64,000 nt of DNA from an uncultured Nitrospiraceae bacterium (GCA_963727805.1 CAVSHF010000003.1:2048001-2112000), one strand, 5' to 3'. Shown: positions 9,399 through 21,225, counted from the first letter of the stretch. Notes: a model not told the origin generated them from the letters alone. A program made the numbers and translations.

Positions 9399-10808
9399 GT
9401 GAGCGATTCCGTAAGGGTTAGATTCGCGCCCAGCCCGACAGGGCATCTGCACATCGGCGGCGCAAGAACCGCCCTTTTTAACTGGCTTTATGCTCGGCAC
9501 CATAACGGTGCTTTTATTCTTAGAATCGAGGATACTGATACTACCCGTTCTACCGAGGAATACATCGAAGCGATTAGCGAAGGGATGAGATGGCTCAATC
9601 TCGATTGGGATGAGGGGCCTTTCAGGCAGACCGACCGGTTTGATATCTACCACAACTATGTGGAGCGGCTGTTGCAGGAAGGCAAGGCTTATCACTGCTA
9701 TTGTACACCCGAGGAACTCGAACAGAGAAGACAAAAGGCCTTAGCCGAGGGAAATACCCCGAAATACGATGGCAGGTGCAGGAATTTATCGAGAGCTCTT
9801 CCGGGAAAAACGGCCACAGTGCGCTTCAAAATGCCTGAGAAAGGCACGATAGTGCTCAATGACATGATCAAGGGGCCCATCGAATTTGAAAATACGCTTC
9901 TCGATGATATGATAATCCTCCGCACCGATGGAACTCCTACGTATAATTTCGTTGTCGTGGTTGACGATATCGATATGAAGATAACTCATATCATCAGGGG
10001 GGACGACCACGTCAATAATACGCCTAAACAGCTCCATATCTACAAGGCCTTCGGATGGGAGCCGCCACAGTTCGGGCACCTGCCGATGATCCTCGGCTCC
10101 GACAAGGCTCGTCTAAGCAAGAGGCACGGGGCCACCTCTGTCATGGCTTACAGGGATATGGGCTATCTGCCCGACGCTCTGATCAACTACCTAGTACGGC
10201 TCGGCTGGTCCTATGGCGACCAGGAAGTCTTCACTCGGGATGAATTGATCAAATATTTCTCGCTTGACAATGTGGGCGCGTCAGCTGCTGTATTCAACCC
10301 TGAAAAGCTCCTCTGGCTTAACAGCCAGTATATAATGAACACGCCTCCTGAGAGGCTTGCGGAATTGGTCATCCCGTTCCTCGTAAAAGCAGGCCTGATT
10401 TCAAAGGGACAACGCCTCGATATGCAATGGCTTTCAAAAGCAGTGCTCACTCTGAGGGAAAGGGCTAGGACTCTCGTTGAGCTTGCCCTTTCAATGAAAT
10501 ATTATCTTCTTGAAGAGATCGATATTGATCAGAAAGCCAAAGAGAAATTTCTGAAACCCGAAGGAATAAAGCTTCTGACCGAGCTCAGGGATGCCCTTGA
10601 AGGCCTCGCAGAATTTACTGTACCGGAGATCGAGAAGGCCTTCTCATCCCTCGTTGAAAAACACGGCATTAAACTCGGCAGTCTTGCCCAGCCTGCGCGT
10701 GTCGCAATCACTGGAGGCACTGCTAGTCCCGGCATCTTCGAAGTCTTCGAGGTCATCGGCAAGGGAAAAGTACTAAAACGATTGGCTAAAGTAATCGGAG
10801 GTGAGTAA
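9399..10808 (+). CDS. gltX: Glutamate--tRNA ligase
   Basis: RFAPSPTGHLHIGG (HIGH), LRIEDTD, RLSKRHGA (KMSKS equivalent). Confidence 0.97.
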   Translation: MSDSVRVRFAPSPTGHLHIGGARTALFNWLYARHHNGAFILRIEDTDTTRSTEEYIEAISEGMRWLNLDWDEGPFRQTDRFDIYHNYVERLLQEGKAYHCYCTPEELEQRRQKALAEGNTPKYDGRCRNLSRALPGKTATVRFKMPEKGTIVLNDMIKGPIEFENTLLDDMIILRTDGTPTYNFVVVVDDIDMKITHIIRGDDHVNNTPKQLHIYKAFGWEPPQFGHLPMILGSDKARLSKRHGATSVMAYRDMGYLPDALINYLVRLGWSYGDQEVFTRDELIKYFSLDNVGASAAVFNPEKLLWLNSQYIMNTPPERLAELVIPFLVKAGLISKGQRLDMQWLSKAVLTLRERARTLVELALSMKYYLLEEIDIDQKAKEKFLKPEGIKLLTELRDALEGLAEFTVPEIEKAFSSLVEKHGIKLGSLAQPARVAITGGTASPGIFEVFEVIGKGKVLKRLAKVIGGE

Positions 10809-10979
10809 ATGGCGCTAAAAAAAGAACTGCTCGATATACTTGCGTGTCCCAAATGCAAAGGCGATCTAGCTTATAAAGAGCAGGAGAACTTCCTCGTCTG
10901 TGAACAGTGCATGCTCATGTATCCAGTGAAGGACGATATCCCGATCATGCTCATCGAAGAAGCACTGCCGTTGAAATAG
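10809..10979 (+). CDS. Trm112/YcaR-family small protein (56 aa, absent from ORF track)
   Basis: Manual translation MALKKELLDILACPKCKGDL...LVCEQC...YPVKDDIPIML; starts directly after the gltX stop. Confidence 0.9.
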   Translation: MALKKELLDILACPKCKGDLAYKEQENFLVCEQCMLMYPVKDDIPIMLIEEALPLK

Positions 10980-11026
10980 CATGAAATTATGCCATCCACC
11001 TGGTCAGGCCTTGATGCTTGTTTAAC

Positions 11027-11854
11027 TTAAACATTGAATTCGACATCGCTGTTCGAGAACGGACATCTAAACCTCAGCGCATAGGCGACCAGTTTCATCC
11101 CTTCCATGTTCTTGTTACCCTTGCCGTACTTCGGATCGCCCATCAAGGGATAGCCGATCATGTCAAAATGGCGTCGGATTTGGTGGAGGCGACCCGTCTT
11201 AATCGTCACATCAACTGTCGATGTATTAGTTGTAGGACTGAAGTATTCCAACTCATATTTGGTAAACGCCTTTTTCCCATCCAGCGGCAGGTCGATAGTC
11301 CCTTTGGATCCTCTCTCACTTAAATTGCCGAGGACCTCAACACGATATTTCTTGATAACAAGGTTTTTCTGGAAAAGTTCCGAAAGTCGCGCCGCAGCAT
11401 TTTTGGTGTGGGCTATAAGCATCAGTCCGGCAGCCTCCCTGTCGAGACGATGAACGAGAAAGAAATCCCGCGTATTGCCAAATGACTGCTCCACTTGGCG
11501 CAGCAATGAACAATGGTCCCCATACTTTGTTCCTTGGGCCATAAGCCCGGGGGGCTTGAGCCATACGCTATAATCCTTTCGGTCGTCAAGACATCGCGCC
11601 TGAGGCGGCTTAAGGGCGAGCAGCTTTTCATCATAGTAGAATTCGATCCTTATGCGGTCAGTTAGGATAGCTGTTGCCTTGCGGAGTCGTCTCAACTTAC
11701 TCACTCGGCCCGACTCTTTTCCGACCCACAAAGCCCCTTTGTTCATGGCATCCTTAATCCTGCTCTTAGAAAGCCCGGTTCCGGACGCAAGGAAATCGCA
11801 GATAGTACCGCCTATCCCTTTGCCCACACTAAAGAAGAATTTCCCCCTGATCAT
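11027..11854 (-). CDS. RluA-family pseudouridine synthase
   Basis: VHRLDRE catalytic Asp, TGRLHQIRRH, PLMGDPKYG. Confidence 0.93.
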   Translation of the reverse strand: MIRGKFFFSVGKGIGGTICDFLASGTGLSKSRIKDAMNKGALWVGKESGRVSKLRRLRKATAILTDRIRIEFYYDEKLLALKPPQARCLDDRKDYSVWLKPPGLMAQGTKYGDHCSLLRQVEQSFGNTRDFFLVHRLDREAAGLMLIAHTKNAAARLSELFQKNLVIKKYRVEVLGNLSERGSKGTIDLPLDGKKAFTKYELEYFSPTTNTSTVDVTIKTGRLHQIRRHFDMIGYPLMGDPKYGKGNKNMEGMKLVAYALRFRCPFSNSDVEFNV

Positions 11855-11948
11855 ATTCTTTATTGTAACATTCCGAGCACCAACCCCTTTGACAACTTCT
11901 TCCCGTTCAATTTAAATTATCATTCATTCTTTTTTTGAGGAGGCAGAT

Positions 11949-13175
11949 ATGGCTGACAAGATAAAAGTGAAGAACCCCATCGTTGAAATGGACGGGGACG
12001 AGATGACTCGGATTATCTGGCATCTAATCAAGGAGAAGCTGATTTCTCCCTTTCTTGACATAGACCTGAAATATTATGATCTCGGCATTAAGCAACGCGA
12101 TGCGACCGATGACAAGATAACCGTAGAGGCGGCGTATGCGATAAAGGAATATGGCATCGGCGTCAAGTGCGCGACAATTACGCCGAATGCAGCCCGTGTA
12201 CAGGAATATGATCTTAAGCACCAATGGAAAAGCCCTAACGGGACAATCCGTTCTATCCTTGACGGGACGGTCTTTAGAAAGCCGATCATCATCAAGAATA
12301 TTCCGCCCGGTGTCAAGTCGTGGAAGAAGCCTATCATTATCGGCCGTCATGCCTATGGCGACATTTATAAAAATACGGAATGCGTCGTTGACAGGCCCGG
12401 CATTGCAGAGATCGTCTTTACTCCCTCTGACGGTGGCAAAAAGACAGTCCTGAAGATACACACCTTTGACGGTCCGGGAGTTGTCATGGGGATGCATAAC
12501 ACCGAGAAATCGATCAGAAGTTTTGCACGGTCCTGCATCAATTACGCCCTAGCTGAAAAAGTCGACCTTTGGTTTGGCGCAAAAGACACGATATCAAAGC
12601 AATATCACGGTTTTTTCAGAGATATCTTTGCCGAGGAAATCGAAAAGGTTAGGGACAAGTTGTCGGCAGCAGAGATCCAGTATCGCTATCTCCTCATCGA
12701 CGATGCTGTCGCACAGGTGCTCAAGTCAGCTGGCGGCATGCTCTGGGCCTGCATGAACTATGACGGCGATGTCATGTCCGACATGGTGGCCACCGGATTT
12801 GGCAGCCTCGGTCTTATGACATCTGTCCTCGTTTCTCCAGACAATAAATACGAATTCGAAGCTGCCCACGGCACCGTGATGCGACATTATTATGCCCACC
12901 TCAAGGGCCATCCCACGTCGACTAATTCCATCGCCTCAATCTTTGCCTGGACCGGAGCGATTGCGATGAGGGGAGAACTCGACAACACCCCCGACGTTGT
13001 GAATTTTGCGCACAAACTCGAAAAGGCCGTAATCGAAACAGTTGAAGCCGGCATCATGACTAAAGACCTGATGCTAATTGCCGAACCACGCGTCACGAAA
13101 TACGCTCTTACGGACGAATTCATCGATGCAGTGACAGAAAGGCTGAAACTCCCCCTTAGTCCGTTGTTGCAATGA
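11949..13175 (+). CDS. icd: NADP-dependent isocitrate dehydrogenase (subfamily II)
   Basis: [39 protein letters not shown]. Confidence 0.96.
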   Translation: MADKIKVKNPIVEMDGDEMTRIIWHLIKEKLISPFLDIDLKYYDLGIKQRDATDDKITVEAAYAIKEYGIGVKCATITPNAARVQEYDLKHQWKSPNGTIRSILDGTVFRKPIIIKNIPPGVKSWKKPIIIGRHAYGDIYKNTECVVDRPGIAEIVFTPSDGGKKTVLKIHTFDGPGVVMGMHNTEKSIRSFARSCINYALAEKVDLWFGAKDTISKQYHGFFRDIFAEEIEKVRDKLSAAEIQYRYLLIDDAVAQVLKSAGGMLWACMNYDGDVMSDMVATGFGSLGLMTSVLVSPDNKYEFEAAHGTVMRHYYAHLKGHPTSTNSIASIFAWTGAIAMRGELDNTPDVVNFAHKLEKAVIETVEAGIMTKDLMLIAEPRVTKYALTDEFIDAVTERLKLPLSPLLQ

Positions 13176-13261
13176 ACTCCTGTTTAACATTAAACATATC
13201 CCTACTGCTGCGTCATTTCCATGTTCGCTGACGTTCTGTATAGTTTTACTGTTGGCGAATC

Positions 13262-14971
13262 CTATTTTTTCCCGGTCTTCTGTATCTTCGCCCATTCGTC
13301 CTTAAGCGTCACGATCCTGTTGAAGACGGGATTGCCCGGACTCGAATCCACAGGATCAACATTGAAGTATCCTATTCTTTCGAATTGGTAACGATCTCCC
13401 CGGAAGGCCCCCGATAAAGAAGGTTCCAGTCTTGCAGTAAGAATTTGGAGTGATTTTGGGTTAAGACAACTAATGAAATCCTCTCCCTCTTCGGTATCAT
13501 TCGGATTCGCGTTGACGAAAAGAAGGTCATAAAGTCGCACTGTCGCCGGAATCGAGTGTTCAGAGGAAACCCAGTGGAGCGTAGCCTTGACCTTCCTTCC
13601 ATCCGGTGAATCGCCGCCGCGCGTGGCAGGATCATAGGTACAATGTAGCGCCGCAATCTCGCCGGTATCTGTTTTTTTCACAACTTTTTCGCATTTGATG
13701 AAATAGGCATATCTGAGTCTCACTTCTCGCCCTGGGGCAAGTCGGAAGAACTGTTTCGGGGGGACTTCCATGAAGTCCTCCTGCTCGATGTAAAGTTCAC
13801 GAGCGAAGGGGACCTTGCGCGTCCCAGCATCGGGATCTTCCGGATTATTGACCGCGTCGAGGTATTCAATCTGTCCTTCTGGATAATTGTCTATGATCAC
13901 CTTCAATGGCCTCAACACGCCCATCACCCTTGGGGTCTCTTTATTCAGGTCTTCCCGCACACAAAATTCAAGGAGTCCCATATCGACGAGACTCTCCTTT
14001 TTGCCGACACCAATACGCTCACAGAAATTTCTGATCGCCCCAGGGGAATACCCGCGTCTTCTCATACCGGCGAGGGTCGGCATGCGAGGATCGTTCCACC
14101 CGGTCACATGCCCGTCATTGACGAGCCGCAGAAGCTTCCTCTTACTCAAAACAGTATGGCTCAAATTAAGCCGAGCGAACTCGTATTGCCTGGGATGGTA
14201 GATGCCAAGTGCATCGAGATACCAGTCATACAATGGCCGGTGGTCTTCGTATTCCATCGTGCAGATCGAATGGGTGATACCTTCGATCGAGTCGCTCTCA
14301 CCATGTGCGTAGTCGTACATCGGATAAATACACCATTTGCCGCCCGCCCTGTGATGGTCTTCATGCTTGATCCGGTACATAACCGGATCGCGCAAGTTGA
14401 TGTTGCCGGAAGACATATCAATTTTGGCCCTGAGCGTCTTCGAACCGTCTGGGAATTCGCCTGCACGCATACGGCGGAAAAGATCCAGATTCTCCGCAAC
14501 CGACCTGTTGCGGTAGGGGCTCTCCTTGCCGGGTTGGGAGAGCGTGCCTCTATATTCTCGCATCTGCTCGAAAGTAAGGTCGCAAACAAATGCCTTGCCC
14601 TCCTTGATCAAGACCTCAGCGAATTCATAGAGCTGTTCAAAATAATCCGAAGCATAATAGAGACGACCGCCCCAGTTGAAACCGAGCCACCGAATGTCTT
14701 CCATGATGGAGTCGACATACTCCTGCTCCTCTTTACTCGGGTTTGTGTCGTCGAACCTTAGATTGCAGTGGCCGCCGAATTCTGCTGCAATTCCAAAATT
14801 GAGGCAGATAGATTTCGCATGGCCTATATGCAGATAGCCGTTAGGCTCGGGGGGGAAGCGGGTGATGACTTTGCCTCCATTCTTGCCCGCTTCGACATCT
14901 TCAGCAACAATAGTCCGGATAAAATTAGACGGCTGATTTAAAGCTTCATTACCGGCTGCAGGTGTTTTCAT
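13262..14971 (-). CDS. glnS: Glutamine--tRNA ligase
   Basis: [39 protein letters not shown] motif near the C-terminus. Confidence 0.97.
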   Translation of the reverse strand: MKTPAAGNEALNQPSNFIRTIVAEDVEAGKNGGKVITRFPPEPNGYLHIGHAKSICLNFGIAAEFGGHCNLRFDDTNPSKEEQEYVDSIMEDIRWLGFNWGGRLYYASDYFEQLYEFAEVLIKEGKAFVCDLTFEQMREYRGTLSQPGKESPYRNRSVAENLDLFRRMRAGEFPDGSKTLRAKIDMSSGNINLRDPVMYRIKHEDHHRAGGKWCIYPMYDYAHGESDSIEGITHSICTMEYEDHRPLYDWYLDALGIYHPRQYEFARLNLSHTVLSKRKLLRLVNDGHVTGWNDPRMPTLAGMRRRGYSPGAIRNFCERIGVGKKESLVDMGLLEFCVREDLNKETPRVMGVLRPLKVIIDNYPEGQIEYLDAVNNPEDPDAGTRKVPFARELYIEQEDFMEVPPKQFFRLAPGREVRLRYAYFIKCEKVVKKTDTGEIAALHCTYDPATRGGDSPDGRKVKATLHWVSSEHSIPATVRLYDLLFVNANPNDTEEGEDFISCLNPKSLQILTARLEPSLSGAFRGDRYQFERIGYFNVDPVDSSPGNPVFNRIVTLKDEWAKIQKTGKK

Positions 14972-15097
14972 GGCATTATTACCTCACGCTTCTATCGTAA
15001 TCAGGGTGTATTTTACCATATAGAGGTATTCAATACTGTTTGAAAGCCGGATTGGCGATGTCCTTTGAGAGAGCACTTGTGCTAAAATATACGGCAT

Positions 15098-15184
15098 GCC
15101 GAAGTGGCGGAACTGGCAGACGCGCTAGGTTCAGGGTCTAGTGGTCGCAAGGCCGTGCGGGTTCGAGTCCCGCCTTCGGCACCA
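15098..15184 (+). tRNA. tRNA-Leu(CAG)
   Basis: GCCGAAG/CTTCGGC acceptor stem, anticodon loop TTCAGGG, long variable arm, GTTCGAGTCC T-arm, encoded CCA. Confidence 0.96.
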
Positions 15185-15418
15185 TTTTTAGTCTTATTGT
15201 CAATTAGATTTCCTTCATATCTTTCTCTTGACGCTCAATAAACTTGAATGCCAATTTCTTTTAGTACGCCTCAATTTTCTCGAGAATGTTCTTTTGTGGA
15301 AATTTGAGCAATGCCGACATCACGTTATCCTTCTGCTCCATGAATTCTAGACTGCTGAGTTTTATCACCTCCTTTTCTTTTATACCGGCTGATATGTGCA
15401 GTCAAACTCTTCCCGGGC

Positions 15419-16378
15419 TCATTTCGCCGGTTTCCATGTTTCGTCAGGGTCATACTTTTTCACAGCTTTTGCAATCTCTTCTGTTTTTGGCCCCAGGTCT
15501 TTCTCATAGACAATACCCTGTTGGTTTACCATAAAGGTCATGACGCCGGACGCCCCATACTCCGCGGGGTATGCCAGCAGGCCAAACCCGGCTGTCATCT
15601 TGCCGTTTACTATATAATCAACTTCGCCGCCTGCAGCCTTGCTCCCCTGGCTTTTCAATATATTGAAATAATAACCATGGTATGGCTTATGCTTCTCACC
15701 AGGTTTTCTGGCCGTGTATCCTTCATCCGTGGCTTGCGCTACTAACGGCCCCAAAGGACTGCTTTCCTCTCCTGCTGAAGCCTTCCAGTATAGACCGTCT
15801 TTCTTGCCTTCATGGCTCCTAAATCTCTGTGCGTATTGCACCGCTCCGCTGCCATCACGGTCCTTACTGGCATATTCACGCTGCGCATCCACATAGGACA
15901 GCGCAACCTCGATAGTGCTTAATTCATTCTTGCCTATCCTCCGGTTTATGATTTCCTGCTTGCCATCGTCCGTCGAAAAGACCCATTCCTGACCTGATCT
16001 CACAATAGGAATAGGAAAACTACAAGCGTCCTTCCCGATTACAGCCAATACCGTATTGTCGTCTAACTTTGAAAATTTAACCGTCTCTCCGGCGGCTTCA
16101 ACGAACCGTTTACGGGCATTTCTGTCTGCAACAGCATCGCCAGATGATATGATATATTTTCCCTGCGGGCCGAAGATGGCCATTAATCCCACTGTATCAT
16201 TGGTCTTTGCGGCCTCTATGAGCGCCCCAAATGCATCTTCAGGTGATTTGAACTTCTCCTGCTTTGCGTCCTGGGCAGACACTGATAAGCTAAAGGCAAT
16301 CACTGCACTTATTGCGATTATGAACCCCACTATTCGCTGTCCGTACAGGTTTCCAAGCTTTTTTATATAGTTAGACAT
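15419..16378 (-). CDS. DUF2950-family exported protein
   Basis: RRIGKNEL, YVDAQREYA, GKKDGLYW, PYHGYYF, PAEYGASGVMTF, VYEKDLG; ATG 16378 after GGAGG. Confidence 0.88.
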   Translation of the reverse strand: MSNYIKKLGNLYGQRIVGFIIAISAVIAFSLSVSAQDAKQEKFKSPEDAFGALIEAAKTNDTVGLMAIFGPQGKYIISSGDAVADRNARKRFVEAAGETVKFSKLDDNTVLAVIGKDACSFPIPIVRSGQEWVFSTDDGKQEIINRRIGKNELSTIEVALSYVDAQREYASKDRDGSGAVQYAQRFRSHEGKKDGLYWKASAGEESSPLGPLVAQATDEGYTARKPGEKHKPYHGYYFNILKSQGSKAAGGEVDYIVNGKMTAGFGLLAYPAEYGASGVMTFMVNQQGIVYEKDLGPKTEEIAKAVKKYDPDETWKPAK

Positions 16379-16443
16379 TGTCCCTTCCTCCATATATCGT
16401 TGGCATCATGATGCTCCCTCAATAATGCACCGCAGAGCTGCTC

Positions 16444-17505
16444 TTATCGCCGCCCTCCGCCATGGAATCCTCCACTCGGCGCGCCGCCGCGGGGAACTCC
16501 AGCACCGCCCCCATGAGGTACTCCTCCGCCCCCGTGGCCTGCAGTAGGGAGCTGGCCGGCACTCGAGCGGCTTTGGAACCCCCGGTCGCTAGCAGCGTGC
16601 TCACTCTGCCTGTCCACAGAATGATGAAAGGCGCTTGAACGAGCTCCTTCAGTGCTCGTGGGTGATCCATAGCCCCGAAATTCTTTGACCGGTGCCGGCC
16701 CGCTCAGTCCCCGGCTTCTCTGGAACACTGCCTCTGCTCCGCCCCGTGCGCTAGGATTGGTCCCTCCCGTGCGCCCTCCAGCCGACAAATTAGCGCCGCC
16801 AAATCTGTTTGCCGGTGAGATGCGGGATATCCCACCCGTCCTGGCATCACGGAAATGATTGGTAACAAATCCTTCGTGGTCATGCCCATCATGATGCCAA
16901 TGCACCCTCACATGAAAGTCTGTCAATACAAAAAAGCCGGGAAACCAGAAGTCTGACCACCAAAATGGATACGGAACCCAGTCATAAAGGTATGCATAGT
17001 CCGGAGGTGGAGCATAGTAGGTGACTGCCGGTGGGCCCTCATTATCGTAATAATCGTTTCCCCCTGTGGAATCAGGATAAGTTGGTGCAGACATGTCATT
17101 GGCAAACCTGCCTGAGGTATCAGCAGTTACTGGTAAACTAAAGCTGCTTATCGCATCCTGAAATACTTGCAGGGCCGCATTTTTTGCGATGCTTACTTTG
17201 CCCGAGTCGGCAGACTCGCCTATAGCCGCCTCTAATTCTCCAACGATGTCGGGCGTAACAGGGTAATCGGCAATCCAGCCATTACGCGGCGCTATGCCGG
17301 CCGTGCTTAGTAAGTCTTCAGCTTCAGCCTCGTTTTCCGCTATCCCCAGCTTGAAATCTCCGGCAAGTTTGACTGCCAGGGTTCCTTCCCGGATCAGAGG
17401 CTGCGATATCGCAGAACTCGTTGTCCCCGCCGGCGGGCCTGTCTGCGCATGCACTATGAAAGGTATCATAACGAAAGCCATTAATATCATCAGCAGGCTT
17501 CTCAT
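16444..17505 (-). CDS. Exported hypothetical protein with aromatic/Pro-rich middle and Gly/Arg-rich tail
   Basis: SD GGAGG, signal peptide ending VHA, tail ending GGFHGGGRR. Confidence 0.75.
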   Translation of the reverse strand: MRSLLMILMAFVMIPFIVHAQTGPPAGTTSSAISQPLIREGTLAVKLAGDFKLGIAENEAEAEDLLSTAGIAPRNGWIADYPVTPDIVGELEAAIGESADSGKVSIAKNAALQVFQDAISSFSLPVTADTSGRFANDMSAPTYPDSTGGNDYYDNEGPPAVTYYAPPPDYAYLYDWVPYPFWWSDFWFPGFFVLTDFHVRVHWHHDGHDHEGFVTNHFRDARTGGISRISPANRFGGANLSAGGRTGGTNPSARGGAEAVFQRSRGLSGPAPVKEFRGYGSPTSTEGARSSAFHHSVDRQSEHAASDRGFQSRSSAGQLPTAGHGGGGVPHGGGAGVPRGGAPSGGFHGGGRR

Positions 17506-18272
17506 CTTTAAACCTCCTTGATCCGTCCATAATCCAGAACCAACCAACTATTTATAGTATGATTAAAAATTTACTAATGCACAACTTCTCAGTCCGTTCA
17601 CGGCCCGTAGTGTGTGCGCACTGGTACATTTATTAGAGTTACTTTCTTTTGAAAATTAATATTTTTCAGACTGTTGCCAGCATAGTGTTAACTATCTAAC
17701 AAACGCATGGGCTTTGCTCGAACAGCATCGTCTTTATCAAGCCCGTCTTAAGTCCGATTTTAGAGGATACACCATTAATTGCATCACAATGCATAGCGGC
17801 GGCGAAGTGCCTCATTCTAACTTATTTTGTTCAACTCTCTTTTTCTAATGTTTTCACTGTGTCGGTAGTAAAAAGGCAACTAAGCATCTCGTGTTGTCAC
17901 GAATTAGCTAATTGAAATCACTGCCGGCCTTGATCGTACGGCCCTCTGCATGGCTTATCGCGACTCACTGCCTGATGTAAACTAACGACGGGCCCTATGG
18001 CAGGAGGCACACTTCCACCAGCACTATCCTCCATAGGACGTCGTAATACGATGCACCCTGATTGTACCTGCCTGCAGCTTTTTTCGCAGTTTTGACCCAA
18101 CGTCATCGTGCCGACCTCGACAAGAGTAGTGTAATAGTTTAAGCATTGAATAGATACCGTGAGTGAGAGCCTATTCACCCAAGCATGATAAAATTATTAT
18201 TGAATGCAACGAAAAGATGATTGCTAAATTCAAGTAATATTGGTAGAGTAGTGCTCGGGCAATAGCCTAAGG

Positions 18273-18712
18273 GGCTTCTGGAGGGACGTGGGCACAATTG
18301 AAACTCATACCCGATAGGAATTTTGTGAACGTAACACCTCAATTGAACCTCTACACTTATATGTGGTCAATAGTGACAAAGCATGGGAATCTTCCCCCTG
18401 TAAAAACCATTTTTGATCACAAAGGTCGACGAAGACAAAATGTTGACTCTATGAGTGTAGGGGGAGGCTTAAACAACCGCACGGCAAGGGGATCTATCTG
18501 TAGTCCCTGCTACAAAATTAGAGGATATAGCCTTGGCGACAGCGCGATTCTCTTTGAGAACGTTGAAATAGGCAGAAACGCTTAGATCAAAGAAAACAAT
18601 AATAGACGAAAACGTAAAATTCCTCGACTGGGTGGAGATGGTTGATAACCATGGAATTGACAGAAATAGAGGATTCACAGTCACAGACTCCCTAATGATA
18701 GTGGTTACAAAA
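18273..18712 (+). pseudogene. glgC: 3' remnant of glucose-1-phosphate adenylyltransferase
   Basis: Spread over three frames: GFWRDVGTIE / VTPQLNLY..W.I...LPPVKTIFD...ILFENVEIGRNA* / KTIIDENV...DRNRGFTVTDS..VVTK. Confidence 0.85.
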
Positions 18713-18761
18713 ATAAAGTTAAAGCTGAAACAATCAGCCTCAGCGCACCATAGCAAAAAAA

Positions 18762-20630
18762 ATGAAAAATAAGCACAGGGATAAGCTTAGCATTCTTGTC
18801 ATGGGATCACTCGGAGTTGTTTTTGGTGACCTGGGTACTAGTCCTTTGTATACGTTAAGGGTTTGCTTCTCAAGCTTTTTTGCAATTCCTCCCACGTCAG
18901 AAAATGTGCTGGGACTTGCCTCTCTTATATTCTGGGCATTGACTCTTGTTGTCAGTACCAAGTATGCACTATTTATTCTGCGTGCCGATGACGAGGGCGA
19001 GGGTGGTATTTTCGCCATGTTGTCGCTGCTGCACAAGAACATGGGAGCTAAACTTAGCCGACATATCATTCTAGTAATGTGTTTCGGCTCAGCATTGCTT
19101 TATGGCGATGGACTCATCACCCCAGTTATTTCTGTACTTTCTGCCTTAGAGGGTTTGGAGGTGGCTACATCTCAGGCACAGCCGTTTGTCCTACCGATCA
19201 CATGTCTTGTACTTTTTTTACTTTTCTTTTTGCAAAGCCACGGTACGGGACGCATCGGCAAATGCTTCGGTCCAATCATTATCGTCTGGTTCGTCTCCAT
19301 TGCCGCACTGGGAATCAACGCAATCTTAGCCCGGCCTGAGATACTTTCGGCAGTTAATCCTATGCATGCGATTCGATTTTTCATCGGTAATGGTTGGCGC
19401 GGATACCTCATCCTGGGAGCGATAGTATTGTGCATCACCGGCTGTGAAGCTCTATATCTGGACATGGGCCATTTTGGGAGTAAAGCCATTCGCATTTCTT
19501 GGTATGGATTAGCGCTGCCTGCTCTGTTGTGCAATTATTTCGGACAGGCTTCACTGATTCTTGCGAATCCAAGGAATATCGAGGATCCCTTTTATGGGCT
19601 GGTACCCCAACCCTTGCTCTATCCTATGGTGGGTCTTGCCACAGCGGCTACGGTCATTGCTTCGCAGGCCATTATTTCGGGAGTCTTTTCGATGACTAAG
19701 CAGGCGATGCAACTAGGCTACATCCCTCGCATGAGAATCATTCATACCTCCGAGATGGCTGAAGGCCAAATCTACATCCCAGTGGTGAATTTCCTGATGC
19801 TTTTTGCTGCTATTGCCTTAGCGCTTGGCTTCAGGCAGTCCGAGAACTTAGCGGACGCTTATGGTATTGCGGTCACAGGGGACATGTTCATCACGTCTAC
19901 GATCTTTTTTATTATCACCCGGAAAATCTGGGGCTGGAGTCTATGGAAAGCCCTTCCTCTTGCAACGGCTTTTTGGGTGATCGATGGTTCCTTTCTAACC
20001 TCCTGCTTGCTCAAGTTCTTGACTGGCGGATGGTTTCCAGTGGTGACTGCCGTTTGTATACTTTTGCTCATGGTCACTTGGCGAGACGGATGGGATACAC
20101 TAGCCGATAAGATTTACAGCATGCAGATGCGCATAGATAGTTTCATCAGACTTATCTCGACTGACAAACCTGTGCGCCTTCCTGGTACGGCCGTTTTTCT
20201 TTCCACATTTCAGACCGAGGTGCCACCGATGCTCCAATATCACTTGAACCACATCGGAGCTTTGCATGAAAAGGTCATAATCCTGTCAATCCTCACCACT
20301 GATATACCGGAGGTTCCAGATAAGGATAAACTGGATATTCGAAGTCTCGGTCAGGGGGTATACCGTGTTACCGCTCAGACAGGATTCATGGAAACTCCCG
20401 ATGTGCCAGCTCTACTGGCCTTGGCCAAGTTCAAGATTCCAGCCCTGGACCCGGAGAGTACCGTCTATTATCTTGGAAAAATTTCTCTAGTTCCAGCCAA
20501 AGAACGAAGCATGGATCCTATACGCAGGTTTTTATTTTTCTTTATGCATCGTAATGCTGTGAGTCCAGTAATCTACTACAACATCCCTCCGGACAAGATT
20601 TTGGAACTGGGCGTACAGCTAGAATGGTAG
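18762..20630 (+). CDS. kup: KUP/HAK/KT potassium uptake transporter
   Basis: GVVFGDLGTSPLY, GEGGIFA, YGDGLITP, EALYLDMGHFG, GQIYIP. Confidence 0.96.
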   Translation: MKNKHRDKLSILVMGSLGVVFGDLGTSPLYTLRVCFSSFFAIPPTSENVLGLASLIFWALTLVVSTKYALFILRADDEGEGGIFAMLSLLHKNMGAKLSRHIILVMCFGSALLYGDGLITPVISVLSALEGLEVATSQAQPFVLPITCLVLFLLFFLQSHGTGRIGKCFGPIIIVWFVSIAALGINAILARPEILSAVNPMHAIRFFIGNGWRGYLILGAIVLCITGCEALYLDMGHFGSKAIRISWYGLALPALLCNYFGQASLILANPRNIEDPFYGLVPQPLLYPMVGLATAATVIASQAIISGVFSMTKQAMQLGYIPRMRIIHTSEMAEGQIYIPVVNFLMLFAAIALALGFRQSENLADAYGIAVTGDMFITSTIFFIITRKIWGWSLWKALPLATAFWVIDGSFLTSCLLKFLTGGWFPVVTAVCILLLMVTWRDGWDTLADKIYSMQMRIDSFIRLISTDKPVRLPGTAVFLSTFQTEVPPMLQYHLNHIGALHEKVIILSILTTDIPEVPDKDKLDIRSLGQGVYRVTAQTGFMETPDVPALLALAKFKIPALDPESTVYYLGKISLVPAKERSMDPIRRFLFFFMHRNAVSPVIYYNIPPDKILELGVQLEW

Positions 20631-21225
20631 AGGGGTATATGCCAGAGGAGATGTTGCCCTTGCATTTCCGAATATTGCCCTTCTCGACCGCTCCTCCTTT
20701 GGTGTTTCCAGGACGATGACTCCTTCAGTTCCAGGAGCAATCTGCACAATCAGATCATGGAATAACCATAACGCGTGCATTACTTATTTGATAATGTTAT
20801 GTTGGCATCTTCCTCTGGAATTTCTCATTTCATGGGTCTATTTTTGTGTGTAGGAAGAGGTGTAGTCGATTGTCTCGTCATGTTTCCATATTTCGGATTA
20901 TGAGGTCACGAATTTGGATAGCGCGAAGTATCTTGGTCTTAGCTGGATTGCCTTACCCAATCATCGCTGTTATTAGTGGCCCAGTCAACTCCAGCTGCTA
21001 TACGATACCGAATAATGTTGACTGTATTCCTCGAGCTTGAATTGTTACATCAATGTTGTCGAAGCGCGAGCATGCCAGCATAATTAGATTGCATTGCCAT
21101 GGCAAGACACCTACCATAAGGCTTATCTTTCGGCTCGTGCTTACTGAAATGATATTTTAGGTGGCAGGATCCTTTCACAACCACCACGGGGAAACAAGCT
21201 TTGAACGGATAGTGCTCGTTATGAT

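Noticed and set aside
15204..15375. Short minus-strand frame after AAGGAG (VIKLSSLEFMEQKDNV...) with an internal stop
   Set aside because: No recognisable family; possibly a remnant but unsupported
17560..18760. c-di-AMP (ydaO) riboswitch expected upstream of kup
   Set aside because: No ydaO consensus blocks seen; much of the region is explained by the glgC remnant
20640..21220. Long non-coding stretch and 64-aa ORF after kup
   Set aside because: No motif, SD or structure recognised; probably decayed DNA
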